This document shows, one piece after another, positions 44,327 to 53,718 of a stretch of 64,000 bases of DNA. Numbering within the stretch: the first letter of the stretch is position 1; every line of letters begins with the position of its first letter. Where the stretch lies: positions 321,354-385,353 of the IMG/VR virus record IMGVR_UViG_3300021400_000141; one strand, written 5' to 3'. The position numbers and the translations under genes were made by a program. Below the pieces are notes generated by a model. It was not told the DNA's origin. It searched no databases and saw only the letters and a list, made by a program, of their open reading frames with translations. The stretch comes from a virus (Duplodnaviria > Heunggongvirae > Uroviricota > Caudoviricetes).

Positions 44327-44341
44327 ATAAGGAGATGTCAT

Positions 44342-44599
44342 ATGACGTTCTTTGAAATGGAAGGATATAAAGAGGGCGAACGCTATCCAGAATGCACCGT
44401 TAGGTATACCACGTTCAAGGGAGCTGTCGAACATTTGTCCCGCTCCGTTGGGGGTCTCGGACACCTGTCCAGAGTGGTTGTATACTACGTTGGTCAGGCG
44501 CATCCTAGCGCCAAGCTCATCAGGCTTTCTAAATGGATGGTGTCATCCCGAAAGCTGTGTAAATTTATCTTGAACAATTGTCCGTTTATTGAGAAATAG
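44342..44599 (+). CDS. hypothetical protein
   Basis: RBS aaggag. Confidence 0.4.
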   Translation: MTFFEMEGYKEGERYPECTVRYTTFKGAVEHLSRSVGGLGHLSRVVVYYVGQAHPSAKLIRLSKWMVSSRKLCKFILNNCPFIEK

Positions 44600-44606
44600 G
44601 GTTGAT

Positions 44607-45017
44607 ATGACTGCATCAGAAGAAATGCACAAGGAATATGTAGAGCAGGCTGCAAAGAACATTGATTTCGTGTTCGTTCCTGCGTTGCTTAAATTTGATG
44701 GAAAATACTGTAATGTGCCTGAACTTCATTGGGAACAGTCAATGAAGCCGTACCCACAGGATGACCCCCGTGCGTTCGGCTATCACATCGGAAATTTCAG
44801 TGCTCGTTTCGAGCGTAATCCTGATACGCACAGACTCGACACATTGGTACTCACGTTTGAAGAAGGAACTTTCGAGGGATTCCTTCATCCAGACGACAAG
44901 GTGAAAATCGACATGACCAAGGATGCTTTCACCAAGTTCCATGTAACCTATGACCCGAAGACGGAAAAGCTTAAACTCGACCGTCTTGAAGAGAATGTAA
45001 AAATCGCAAAGGAGTAA
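44607..45017 (+). CDS. hypothetical protein
   Basis: internal ATG with a short upstream purine run. Confidence 0.45.
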   Translation: MTASEEMHKEYVEQAAKNIDFVFVPALLKFDGKYCNVPELHWEQSMKPYPQDDPRAFGYHIGNFSARFERNPDTHRLDTLVLTFEEGTFEGFLHPDDKVKIDMTKDAFTKFHVTYDPKTEKLKLDRLEENVKIAKE

Positions 45018-45019
45018 TC

Positions 45020-45304
45020 ATGGCTACAGCATCAGAAAATGCAAGAAAAGTCCTTAATTCAATCAAGGCTAAACTCAATCTGGATAAGTTCCCCCGTGGA
45101 ACATTTATCGAAGGGTTTGGCGATGACCTAGCCTACATCCGATACAACGGTTGTATTGAAGGCCGTTTCTCCTCTGGGGAACTTACTGACGAGGAAGCAG
45201 AAGAACGGGCCCAGAAAATAATCGACACCTGTGGCGCACCTGAGCTGAACACCTCAGAGGATTTTCTTGCCCCAGAAGACATTCCACCCTGCATGAGAGG
45301 TTAA
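45020..45304 (+). CDS. hypothetical protein
   Basis: RBS aaaggag. Confidence 0.5.
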   Translation: MATASENARKVLNSIKAKLNLDKFPRGTFIEGFGDDLAYIRYNGCIEGRFSSGELTDEEAEERAQKIIDTCGAPELNTSEDFLAPEDIPPCMRG

Positions 45305-45591
45305 TGATGCAACGGGTAAAGGAATATCTCGAAGAAATCAATGTCCCCTACACCGAGGAAAATGCCGATGGAATGACTGTGCTCAAACTCAAGTACCACG
45401 ATGACTTGCTGGCAATCTTCCCTCCTGATGACGGAGAGGAAGAATTCCATGCGGTCACCGCCTACAACGGGAAGGTGCAGCAGTACGGTAAGATGAAACT
45501 CGATGCCCTCAAAGATTGGCTTCATGCCGTATTCATCGAGGAGTCTCCCGATTATGTCTACGAAGATGAAGCCTTCACTGAAAATAATTAG
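45304..45591 (+). CDS. hypothetical protein
   Basis: RBS gagagg. Confidence 0.5.
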   Translation: MMQRVKEYLEEINVPYTEENADGMTVLKLKYHDDLLAIFPPDDGEEEFHAVTAYNGKVQQYGKMKLDALKDWLHAVFIEESPDYVYEDEAFTENN

Positions 45592-45611
45592 GTATTTTTA
45601 CAGGACACCCC

Positions 45612-45639
45612 TTGCATTTTGAAATAATTTTCCTATATT
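45612..45639 (+). promoter_or_regulatory. sigma70-type promoter (TTGCAT, 16 nt, TATATT)
   Basis: ccccTTGCATtttgaaataattttccTATATTttt. Confidence 0.45.
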
Positions 45640-45799
45640 TTTGTTGTGCAGTACGTTAGTGGAGAGAACACCTGGCTAGGGGCTGGGTGGCGGTTACCGT
45701 TGCGATGCGTGTATCGGCGGGATAGTTCATTCCACAAGGGCGGGGAGAGTATCAGGCGCATGACAAACTCCCGTCCGCACAACTTTTATTGGAGCTTTT

Positions 45800-46033
45800 A
45801 TGGAGAAAGATTTCATCGAGGATATGGAAAGGGTTGCCCACCGCATCACTCTGAGTATGGAACACTTGGGTGATGGTTGTTTCAAGTGGGAGCGAACTGA
45901 GGAACCAGACTTCTGGGAAACAATGAAGGAAGACAGGCCGAAGACCGCCGAGGAGAAACTCGAAGAGGCTGAGTTCGTCGAGTGCGAAATCATCGAGGAA
46001 AACACCGTTGCAATCGGATATGAAGCGGTTTAA
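45800..46033 (+). CDS. hypothetical acidic protein
   Basis: 77 aa; weak RBS; preceded by a ~140-nt GC-rich leader. Confidence 0.35.
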   Translation: MEKDFIEDMERVAHRITLSMEHLGDGCFKWERTEEPDFWETMKEDRPKTAEEKLEEAEFVECEIIEENTVAIGYEAV

Positions 46034-46108
46034 GGAGACTTCTATGGTAGATAATGGTTTCAACCTCGCTGAAACATTGCAATACAACCCGAAAATGAGG
46101 TAACACCT

Positions 46109-46333
46109 ATGACATATGCCGACCTGAAAGAACTTGTTGAGACCATGGACGAAAACTACAACGCCGAGTACCTCGCCAACAAGGAAGTTGTAATCGAATA
46201 CAAAGACAAGAACGGTCACTACCATTATTACGGCATCGGTGATTGGAAGTTCAACCAGTGCGGCGATGAGTCGATGGACTGCCTGTATCTTCGGTGCGAC
46301 GACGATGTACCGTGCATGGAGAAAACAACATGA
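46109..46333 (+). CDS. hypothetical protein
   Basis: RBS tgaggtaa. Confidence 0.45.
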   Translation: MTYADLKELVETMDENYNAEYLANKEVVIEYKDKNGHYHYYGIGDWKFNQCGDESMDCLYLRCDDDVPCMEKTT

Positions 46334-46521
46334 GCAAAAAGAAGAATGAATCTCCTGTCGTATACATGATTACAGGCATCATTCCTTACTCTGGCGGGGA
46401 CCGCTCGGTAATCAATGTCTATCTTGACGAAGAGAAGGCGAACAAGCGTTACGAAGAATTGCGTAACGGCAGTGACTATTATCTCGATGTGCAGATGGAC
46501 ACTTATGAGGTGGATGACTAA
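46330..46521 (+). CDS. small hypothetical protein
   Basis: internal ATG after gagaaaacaac. Confidence 0.4.
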   Translation: MSKKKNESPVVYMITGIIPYSGGDRSVINVYLDEEKANKRYEELRNGSDYYLDVQMDTYEVDD

Positions 46522-46534
46522 GGTCGGAGGTAAT

Positions 46535-46918
46535 ATGGCCAAAGAAAATGATGAAATTGTATGTGTCCCTCTTGCCAAACTTTTTGTTACCGACAAGAAG
46601 CCGTATAAGGGTCATGTTGAAAAGCCAGTGTTTGCTGACGATTGGGAGACGCAGGGTATAGACTGCTCGGAGGTTCCTTCTGTAATCAAGCCAGACATGG
46701 ATGGGCCGTCCCTAACCAAGGTTGCAATAAGCCTTCGTAGAGAAGCGAAAGCTTGGCTCAAAAGCAATAAGAATCTGAGTGACAATGGTGCAAAACTGTT
46801 TGCAAAGAACTTTGCATGTGCTCTCAAGGCTGCTATTAACGCCACTTACAATAACAAGGACCTTGCAGAAATTCTTGCTAAGGAAGGATTTACCAACACG
46901 CTGACGATATGGAGATAG
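46535..46918 (+). CDS. hypothetical protein
   Basis: ATG after tcggaggtaat. Confidence 0.5.
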   Translation: MAKENDEIVCVPLAKLFVTDKKPYKGHVEKPVFADDWETQGIDCSEVPSVIKPDMDGPSLTKVAISLRREAKAWLKSNKNLSDNGAKLFAKNFACALKAAINATYNNKDLAEILAKEGFTNTLTIWR

Positions 46919-46926
46919 CATAGCTA

Positions 46927-47196
46927 ATGATTGATACTGAATGGCACTCAGCTTTCAAGGAATGTGGACCGTTCGACCATGAGGACGAATGGGACAAATC
47001 ATGGGTTATCCCAATCGAATTTAAGATGCATGATGGGAAAATCAAGAAGACAAACTTGATTTATACAGAAGATGAACACGGAAAGGGCTTCGACTATGAT
47101 GAAAACAGTGGGGACTTCTGTGCTTATTTTGATGTTTACGATATAGTAGCATGGCGTTTCCCTGTCATGCCAGGACAACTTAACAACAAGGAGTAA
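46927..47196 (+). CDS. hypothetical protein
   Basis: 89 aa. Confidence 0.45.
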   Translation: MIDTEWHSAFKECGPFDHEDEWDKSWVIPIEFKMHDGKIKKTNLIYTEDEHGKGFDYDENSGDFCAYFDVYDIVAWRFPVMPGQLNNKE

Positions 47197-47198
47197 TT

Positions 47199-47378
47199 AT
47201 GGGATTATTTTCTAGTATTTGTGATATGATTGCCGACACGGCTGATACCGCTGTCGATGTGGCATCCTCCGCAACCAAGGCTGGCGTGCGTGGAGTAAAA
47301 AAGGTGGCGAACGATGCAGAACGGGTGGCAAAGAATGTGGTTGACCCCTTCCAGATTTTTCACGATGATGAGGAATAG
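47199..47378 (+). CDS. small hypothetical protein (59 aa)
   Basis: below the cutoff; RBS caaggag; fills the gap. Confidence 0.45.
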   Translation: MGLFSSICDMIADTADTAVDVASSATKAGVRGVKKVANDAERVAKNVVDPFQIFHDDEE

Positions 47379-47382
47379 GCGT

Positions 47383-47847
47383 ATGAACAACGAAGCGAAG
47401 ATGGACGCAAAGTTCGTCAAGGCAAGTCACCATAACGGTGACCCTAACCACGATGCACAGTGGGAAAACAACGGTATCAAGCAACTGAAAATTTCTGACA
47501 TTCCTCAGCTAATTATTTCCATGAAGCACGCTTTGGATAAATTCAATTACAAGTACGTGTGCAATTTCATGGCCACTGAGCATGACCTGAACATTTTGAA
47601 CCCAGATGCGTTAAAGGCGTTTATGTATGAGAATGCGATGAACGCTATTGCGAAACTATCCAGTATCATTATAGACGGAGCTTCCTGTGCTCCAAGGGAA
47701 TTTTGGCTTGATGAAACATGGCTGCAAGCAAACATTGCGTTCACACTTCCGATTCATTGCCGCATCAGGCAATATCCAGAAGAACCGTTGAAGGTCATCT
47801 TGGAATTCATCCCGTTCGCAACAGAAATGTCCATCGAAAGGCGATAA
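47383..47847 (+). CDS. hypothetical protein
   Basis: ATG after gaggaat. Confidence 0.5.
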   Translation: MNNEAKMDAKFVKASHHNGDPNHDAQWENNGIKQLKISDIPQLIISMKHALDKFNYKYVCNFMATEHDLNILNPDALKAFMYENAMNAIAKLSSIIIDGASCAPREFWLDETWLQANIAFTLPIHCRIRQYPEEPLKVILEFIPFATEMSIERR

Positions 47848-47848
47848 T

Positions 47849-48049
47849 ATGGATATGGCATCGACGTATCAAGAACAGCTCCGACTGGCGGATATTTATG
47901 CGTCCGAAAATAGTTGGAATGATACCGACTGGCAGAAGGTTTATAACTGGCTGAAAGAAAACCAGAGGGAAATCGACAAGAACACAGTACGCAGTTTATG
48001 TAAATCAGCAGACGAATCCGAAGACATCATTTGGACACTGGGGCTCTAA
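47849..48049 (+). CDS. small hypothetical protein
   Basis: RBS gaaagg. Confidence 0.45.
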   Translation: MDMASTYQEQLRLADIYASENSWNDTDWQKVYNWLKENQREIDKNTVRSLCKSADESEDIIWTLGL

Positions 48050-48426
48050 TGAAAAAGAAAAGCACGACACTTACTTTATCCTTGAAACGGAAATGGTTCG
48101 ACCTTATCAAGAGTGGGGTCAAGCTTGAGGAATATCGGGAATACAACCCGTATTGGTGCTCCCGTTTCTTTGTCAAAGAACCTGGGTTCAAGGACTGGGT
48201 TCATGTCCGTATAGACTACACGGAACTTGTATTCACCTTGGGGTATCCTAAGAAGGATGACATGTCCCGCAGGCTCGTATTCAAGAATCCTCGCATCTAT
48301 ATTAGGACGGGTAAGCCAGAATGGGGTGCAGAACCAGGTAAACCCTATTTCGTAATCACATGGGATGCTCCAAATGTCGAAGAGAAAAACGTTTCCACTG
48401 ACAATTTACGAGAAGAACCAGTTTAA
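48049..48426 (+). CDS. hypothetical protein
   Basis: ATG overlapping the previous stop (taATG). Confidence 0.5.
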   Translation: MKKKSTTLTLSLKRKWFDLIKSGVKLEEYREYNPYWCSRFFVKEPGFKDWVHVRIDYTELVFTLGYPKKDDMSRRLVFKNPRIYIRTGKPEWGAEPGKPYFVITWDAPNVEEKNVSTDNLREEPV

Positions 48427-48498
48427 GCCGCCGTATTCTGGAATTTACAACCCGTTAGAAACAGTGTTCATAAAGATACGAGTTATTAGGAGGAAACC

Positions 48499-48666
48499 AT
48501 GTGGATTTACCGACCGACAGATGAGATGATTAAAAAAGATTTCAAGAAGCATAACTGGTACAATACGGCAATTGACGAGGCAGATTGTAAAAAGAAAATT
48601 GCAGAACTTATAAAATCTGGTAAATACAAAAAAGGTGAACTCATGTATGACGATTTCCGATGGTAA
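48499..48666 (+). CDS. small hypothetical protein (55 aa)
   Basis: below the cutoff; strong RBS taggaggaaacc. Confidence 0.45.
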   Translation: MWIYRPTDEMIKKDFKKHNWYNTAIDEADCKKKIAELIKSGKYKKGELMYDDFRW

Positions 48667-48677
48667 AAGGAGTACCT

Positions 48678-49022
48678 ATGGCTACCAACCGTGAATACCT
48701 TAATGCTATATTGTTCTCTGGAATGCTGGATGCTTGTACACCATCCCAGATGACCAACTACATGAAGAACGCTTCCGAGAATATACCGAAGTATGTATAC
48801 AAGTACAAAAAGGTTGTCGGAAATCCACCGACTGCTGAACACACTCAAATCGTCGTAACGAAACGCTACGAACTGGAAAAGGTTAGCAAGTACACAGTCC
48901 TTCACTGCATGGAAAGCCAGATGCGTGCTATCGAAAATTTGCCTGCATGTAAGGCATTGCCTCTGTTGAAAGATGCTATCGACCAGTTCGAAAAGGAACA
49001 CGAAGGTGGCAAGGATGAGTAA
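48678..49022 (+). CDS. hypothetical protein
   Basis: RBS aaaggag. Confidence 0.5.
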   Translation: MATNREYLNAILFSGMLDACTPSQMTNYMKNASENIPKYVYKYKKVVGNPPTAEHTQIVVTKRYELEKVSKYTVLHCMESQMRAIENLPACKALPLLKDAIDQFEKEHEGGKDE

Positions 49023-49719
49023 GAAGTTTGTTCGAGCAAATCCGTTCCTGAAACAGAGCGAGATTTCCGAGAATTTCCATGGGCAGGAAGTATATAAGTC
49101 TGGCCCATGGCATCCGTATTATCGTTATGAGGAGCGTGATGAACTTGGGAGACTTACAGGTATCTACTACGCTGATGAACACAAGAAGCCAAGGCCGAGG
49201 ACACTCGTAGTCAAGTATTCAGATGACAGCAAGCGCCCGTATGCAATATGGTTCTGCTACGACGGCTCCGAAGAAATGCACTTCTGCTTTAAGTACAAGA
49301 AAAACGGAGACCTTGACACGATTTACTTCTGGGGTGACGGTGGTAATACATGCAACGAGTTTCATTACAAAAAAGCGATAGAGACAAATACGGTTAAAAC
49401 AGGTCGCCGAGTTACATACAAAGAGAGTTGGCCAGCAATCACAATCAACGGCCATACTGCATTGTTCCTCCGTGAACTGCCAGACATGACCAAGGTTGCT
49501 GGGTTCTACTATACCCACGAGAAAGACCCTTTCTATCCCCAGACCCTAATTGAAAACGACTGGGCAATCCACGACTGGCTAGGCATAAGTGCAGAAACCC
49601 TGTACGACAGATATCCAAAGAGACCTCCACGTCCGTTTGACCCGAAAGTGGACGGATATTGTGTAAGGAAGATGATGGAAATACAGAACGCAATTAACAG
49701 ACCACAACTCGGAGAATAA
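49015..49719 (+). CDS. hypothetical protein
   Basis: ATG after ggcaagg; 234 aa. Confidence 0.5.
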   Translation: MSKKFVRANPFLKQSEISENFHGQEVYKSGPWHPYYRYEERDELGRLTGIYYADEHKKPRPRTLVVKYSDDSKRPYAIWFCYDGSEEMHFCFKYKKNGDLDTIYFWGDGGNTCNEFHYKKAIETNTVKTGRRVTYKESWPAITINGHTALFLRELPDMTKVAGFYYTHEKDPFYPQTLIENDWAIHDWLGISAETLYDRYPKRPPRPFDPKVDGYCVRKMMEIQNAINRPQLGE

Positions 49720-49720
49720 T

Positions 49721-50155
49721 ATGGCAACGAAAACTATGGGAACACTTAAATTTATTCATCTTGCGATAACCGACCTGATGGCAGACTGTATGTTCATCAT
49801 GTGGTTTGGAATGGTGCTTGATAACATACTGGTAGTCTATGCGTTGATAACTGGCGTGGATATGATTGTGTTTCCAGACAGGGCTAGCACGCTCCGTATA
49901 TTATTTGCCGTATATGGAGGACTAAACACATTCTTTCTTATTATGACCTATTGTTATATTCTGGAACCGCATGAGCGAGGGTATACCAGGGAAGAACGGT
50001 ATGACCGTTATGGCAAGGCGCTAGCACCGATGCTGGTACTATGGCCGCTTGCATTGCCTATGTGGGCAGGTTTCATAGTAGCCATGATTGTCTTCGGTAT
50101 CGGATGGCTCATATACACAGGTTACAAAACGCTTGAAAACAAATTGCTTAAATAG
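49721..50155 (+). CDS. membrane protein
   Basis: multiple hydrophobic helices. Confidence 0.5.
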   Translation: MATKTMGTLKFIHLAITDLMADCMFIMWFGMVLDNILVVYALITGVDMIVFPDRASTLRILFAVYGGLNTFFLIMTYCYILEPHERGYTREERYDRYGKALAPMLVLWPLALPMWAGFIVAMIVFGIGWLIYTGYKTLENKLLK

Positions 50156-50163
50156 AGGTTGGC

Positions 50164-50622
50164 ATGTTAAAATTTTACATCGAAGCTCTCAAATTCGTAT
50201 GGGCATGGACTAAGAAATTCCTGCTTGCTATTACTGTTCTGCTCCCAGGCATCATCTTCCTGATATACATGTTTGCCGAAAATATGCCAGATGTAGGGAT
50301 AATCCCAGGCCTCCTCGTCATTGCCGCTATTGCACTGTGGGCACCAATTCCTCTGCGTCCGTTCTTCTTTCAAGGCCAGAAATTGATTGAATGCTATGTG
50401 ACAATGTTTGGGGCGATAGGTATTGCGATTGCGTTCTGCCTTGTCTTGTTAGGCTGGCTTGTGTGGTTGCTCCTTCCTATCCTAACTGGATTGGTTATAA
50501 GCGCCGTATTGAACCGTGAACCAAAACCACTTGAATGTGTAGGAACAATAGTATTCAACATTGTTTGGGGCCCAGGTGCTCATTACGTTTACCAAAAGCT
50601 GCTTGACAAAGTAATTAAATAA
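50164..50622 (+). CDS. membrane protein
   Basis: multiple hydrophobic helices. Confidence 0.5.
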   Translation: MLKFYIEALKFVWAWTKKFLLAITVLLPGIIFLIYMFAENMPDVGIIPGLLVIAAIALWAPIPLRPFFFQGQKLIECYVTMFGAIGIAIAFCLVLLGWLVWLLLPILTGLVISAVLNREPKPLECVGTIVFNIVWGPGAHYVYQKLLDKVIK

Positions 50623-50643
50623 TCCTATATTCAATGAAGATAA

Positions 50644-50718
50644 TGCCCCGTAGCTCAATGGACTTAGAGCGTCGCTCTCCGAAGGCGAAGGTTACGAGTT
50701 CAACCCTCGTCGGGACAA
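50644..50718 (+). tRNA. tRNA-Arg (anticodon CCG)
   Basis: acceptor tgccccg/cgggaca (one C-A mismatch), U8, D-stem gctc/gagc, anticodon loop cuCCGaa, variable aggtt, T-arm acgag-TTCAACC-ctcgt, discriminator A. Confidence 0.65.
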
Positions 50719-50722
50719 CTAA

Positions 50723-50815
50723 AAGGGTAGGGACCCCTGAAGGGTGCATTTTCGAATGATTTCCCTAAACGTCCTTCGAACCAAACACTTGCACCTGGGT
50801 CCTACCCTTAATTTT
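50723..50815 (+). terminator. long imperfect hairpin (about 19-bp stem, 50-nt loop) then T-run; probable terminator or structured RNA after the tRNA
   Basis: agggtagggaccc..gggtgca pairs with tgcacctgg..gggtcctaccct, followed by taattttttaaaa. Confidence 0.45.
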
Positions 50816-50831
50816 TTAAAATGGAGAAGTC

Positions 50832-51554
50832 ATGGAACTGCATCACAAGATAATCGAAGTTCTTAATCAGGAATTCCCGACATTGGTACTTCCCGAAATT
50901 CAGAAAGGATTTAAAATAGCCATCACAGTGACCCTCGAACGGCTTGCACCTGACCCGAAAAATCCAGTACAATATATGGAGTTTTCCTACTACTCCGAAA
51001 CAGGTGATTTCACTTACGTTCCTATCCTGTTGAGCTCTGGCATAGGTCACCAAACCACAGTAGAAGAGTTCCAGAGAGAACTTCAGTGGGCTAAGGAAAA
51101 TGGACCATTCAAGGTAAATGCTTCGGTCAATTTCGTTTGCCCTTCAATAACTGTCTACAACAAAACCACAGTGAATTCCGATAATAATTTTTCTCAGGAA
51201 ACTTTCACCGATGAGGAAATCAAAATGGCTCGTGAACGAGAGAACGATACGTTCGGTGTGGAAGTGTCCGAAGACAAGTTTAAAATCAAGGTGTTCCCGA
51301 AAGATAAAAACTCCATTTATGACTCTCTCCTTCTTACGGTCGAACGCCATATCAAGTTCCCTAAGGACAGGATGTGGCACCTCGAACTTCTGACCGATAT
51401 TCCCAACATTGGCACTGACCCGCACAATGACCTGAGCAATCACACAAGGTGGGCTGGAATCCCTTTTAGCGTCATGCTCGACAAGATGTTCGACCTTTAT
51501 GAAGATGATGGTTATACGGTGATTCCAGCCGCAGGAAATTTAAAAGAAAATTAG
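50832..51554 (+). CDS. hypothetical protein
   Basis: RBS aaaatggag; 240 aa. Confidence 0.5.
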   Translation: MELHHKIIEVLNQEFPTLVLPEIQKGFKIAITVTLERLAPDPKNPVQYMEFSYYSETGDFTYVPILLSSGIGHQTTVEEFQRELQWAKENGPFKVNASVNFVCPSITVYNKTTVNSDNNFSQETFTDEEIKMARERENDTFGVEVSEDKFKIKVFPKDKNSIYDSLLLTVERHIKFPKDRMWHLELLTDIPNIGTDPHNDLSNHTRWAGIPFSVMLDKMFDLYEDDGYTVIPAAGNLKEN

Positions 51555-51563
51555 TGAACCCCC

Positions 51564-51592
51564 TTGACAGCACTTTCGTTCTTTTCTATATT
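51564..51592 (+). promoter_or_regulatory. sigma70-type promoter (TTGACA, 17 nt, TATATT)
   Basis: cccccTTGACAgcactttcgttcttttcTATATTtat. Confidence 0.55.
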
Positions 51593-51599
51593 TATAAAC

Positions 51600-51900
51600 G
51601 GACACAGGGGAAACCCTGTGGGACAGCAAACCAAGCCGTGGATGGCGGCTACATACGCTGTTCATCCCTTCATGGATGCATCGTGAAGCGGTTGGAGTCG
51701 GACCGTATGAGCGACCAAGGTTCAGCCCGTCTCCTAAATGGGGCCAGTTGACGCTTTTCGAGTTTCGATGATTAAGCCATCGCGATGGTCTGATGTAAAC
51801 TCGTAGCACTTGCGACGACTAAACTTGCCCTCGGGGTAATTTGAATGCCGCAGCGTATCCCCCCTACGCTTAGCCTCATCAGCAGGGGGTTTTCTTTTTA
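51600..51900 (+). ncRNA. candidate ~300-nt non-coding RNA with its own promoter and terminator
   Basis: no ORF with an RBS inside; 5' hairpin cacagggg-aaa-ccctgtg just after the predicted TSS; several internal hairpins; ends with cccccc...ggggg then ttttcttttt. Confidence 0.4.
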
Positions 51901-51916
51901 TAGAGAGTAAGTCAAA

Positions 51917-52447
51917 ATGGAAGAAGTTTATCAAGTTTCCTCGGTTCCTGTCATGGGCATATGGTGCGCCTACAAGCTCGCACCACTCTACCCGTTCTTC
52001 TCATCGTTCAATGTCTCGGAAGCGAAACACGGTCAGAACTCCGTTAAAATCCTCTCCACCGAACGGGGGAAATTCAGTCAGAAAGGAACTATCCACCGCA
52101 GGATTAACTCGAACGACCTACTCAGTTCACACCCAATCGAGGTGGATGTCCCCTATGAATACAGGATAAAGTTCCAGCTCGAAGACGGAACACTCCAGAC
52201 AGTCTACACCAATTCCGACGAGGCAGGCTGCCTGCTCCGTCTCATGTCCTCCCAAGAGAATATTGACAAATTCCGTAAACTTGCTCTCAAAGGCTATTGG
52301 GCGGCTGCTATGACCGCTCTCATGGGTGAAGAAGTTGTTGAAAAATCCTTTATCAGCATGACAGACAAGGAAAATCTTGAAGCGCTTGCTAAATTGGGCG
52401 GTAAGAAAGTAGATGATGCGGCAAACAATTCACCCAAGGTAGAATGA
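51917..52447 (+). CDS. hypothetical protein
   Basis: 176 aa. Confidence 0.5.
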   Translation: MEEVYQVSSVPVMGIWCAYKLAPLYPFFSSFNVSEAKHGQNSVKILSTERGKFSQKGTIHRRINSNDLLSSHPIEVDVPYEYRIKFQLEDGTLQTVYTNSDEAGCLLRLMSSQENIDKFRKLALKGYWAAAMTALMGEEVVEKSFISMTDKENLEALAKLGGKKVDDAANNSPKVE

Positions 52448-52680
52448 TGAACAATCTGCAATATTTTGTGAGAAATGAGAAGAACATCCATAGGCTAATC
52501 TATGTTCTTGGGAGCGACGATTGCGATGTATGCCCAGCGCACTCGTTCTGCTTGGCTGACGGCAAAAGGGCCGAGCCCAAGTATGAGGATTGCGGAGATG
52601 CCTTCGTCGCTTGGGCAATGAAGGAAAAGAAAATAAGAAGCAAAACGGATAAACCCTGGCTTGAAACACCAAACATCTGA
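52444..52680 (+). CDS. small Cys-containing protein
   Basis: ATGATG overlap; CDVCPAHSFC. Confidence 0.45.
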   Translation: MMNNLQYFVRNEKNIHRLIYVLGSDDCDVCPAHSFCLADGKRAEPKYEDCGDAFVAWAMKEKKIRSKTDKPWLETPNI

Positions 52681-52687
52681 GGAACCT

Positions 52688-52951
52688 ATGATTGTCCGAA
52701 TAACTGAAACAGTTTACAGCGAGTTCAGCGGCGTGTATAAACGTGAACCCGTCCTATACAAGATACCAGGAGAACTGCAGAAGATGGTTGATGATATCCA
52801 CAAGATGTCAAGGGATAGCGCAATCAAGGCAGATATCTTCTCCGCAGAACTGACAGACAGCGATAATCTCCTTTGTAATAATCCATATCATAATAGTCCA
52901 AGTTGTAATAAGGAGGAGTCAGATGGTTGTGACACAGGAACGAGTGATTGA
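52688..52951 (+). CDS. hypothetical protein
   Basis: ATG after gaggaacct. Confidence 0.45.
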   Translation: MIVRITETVYSEFSGVYKREPVLYKIPGELQKMVDDIHKMSRDSAIKADIFSAELTDSDNLLCNNPYHNSPSCNKEESDGCDTGTSD

Positions 52952-53097
52952 TTGGCTCGAACGTCAGATAGGATTCGTAAAGGCGAACCACCTCGAAAAT
53001 TGCCTTATGACAAATGATGGCGACCTGAAGATGGAGCCAGAGCATCCTAACCTATGCACCATCGTCATCTATGACCCGAGGATTCCAGCAATATAAT
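52924..53097 (+). CDS. small hypothetical protein (57 aa)
   Basis: below the cutoff; strong RBS aaggaggag. Confidence 0.4.
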
Positions 53098-53130
53098 GTA
53101 AGAATTTTTAAAAAAATGTCCGAACCCGCT

Positions 53131-53159
53131 TGACAATGCGGGTTTAATTATTTATATTG
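53131..53159 (+). promoter_or_regulatory. sigma70-type promoter with hairpin around the -35
   Basis: gaacccgcTTGACAatgcgggtttaattatttaTATTGg. Confidence 0.55.
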
Positions 53160-53184
53160 GTAGCACAGCATAAGGAAATAGAAA

Positions 53185-53493
53185 ATGTCGAACCTATTGA
53201 AACTCCGTGTAGAACTGGCAGATGGCTGCATTCTTGTGGGCGAGGTAGTCAGCGTAGGCAGCAAACCACAGTCCCCAGAATACTTTGACAAACCTCAGAT
53301 GAAGTGGTTTATGGACTTACGGACGGACACGCTCGGGAAGGTCGAAATTAACGCTCTCAACATCGTAAAAATGGGACCAGACCCTATTAAGATGCAGGAA
53401 TTCAAGGACCCTGTGGAGGTAGTCAACCACGTGATGGAGCTTATGCGGGTTGCCAAAAACATGCCCCTCGACTTCCTGAAACTAAGAGAGTAA
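53185..53493 (+). CDS. hypothetical protein
   Basis: RBS aaggaaa. Confidence 0.5.
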   Translation: MSNLLKLRVELADGCILVGEVVSVGSKPQSPEYFDKPQMKWFMDLRTDTLGKVEINALNIVKMGPDPIKMQEFKDPVEVVNHVMELMRVAKNMPLDFLKLRE

Positions 53494-53496
53494 ACT

Positions 53497-53718
53497 ATGG
53501 CTTATACAATCGGATACTGCAATTGCTGCCATAAGCCGCTTCTGAACAATTTACAGTACTTGACTGCAAATCTTGATGACATCCTGTGTCCATACTACGG
53601 GAAACCGAAACTCGCATACTGCTCGGATGAATGTGTAGAAAAAGATGTGAAATTTGTTTTGGAACAGTTGAAACAAAAAAGGAAAAAACAATGTCTTACC
53701 CAAAACCAGGCGTTATAA
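53497..53718 (+). CDS. small zinc-ribbon protein
   Basis: CNCCHK ... CPYYG ... CSDEC. Confidence 0.45.
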   Translation: MAYTIGYCNCCHKPLLNNLQYLTANLDDILCPYYGKPKLAYCSDECVEKDVKFVLEQLKQKRKKQCLTQNQAL

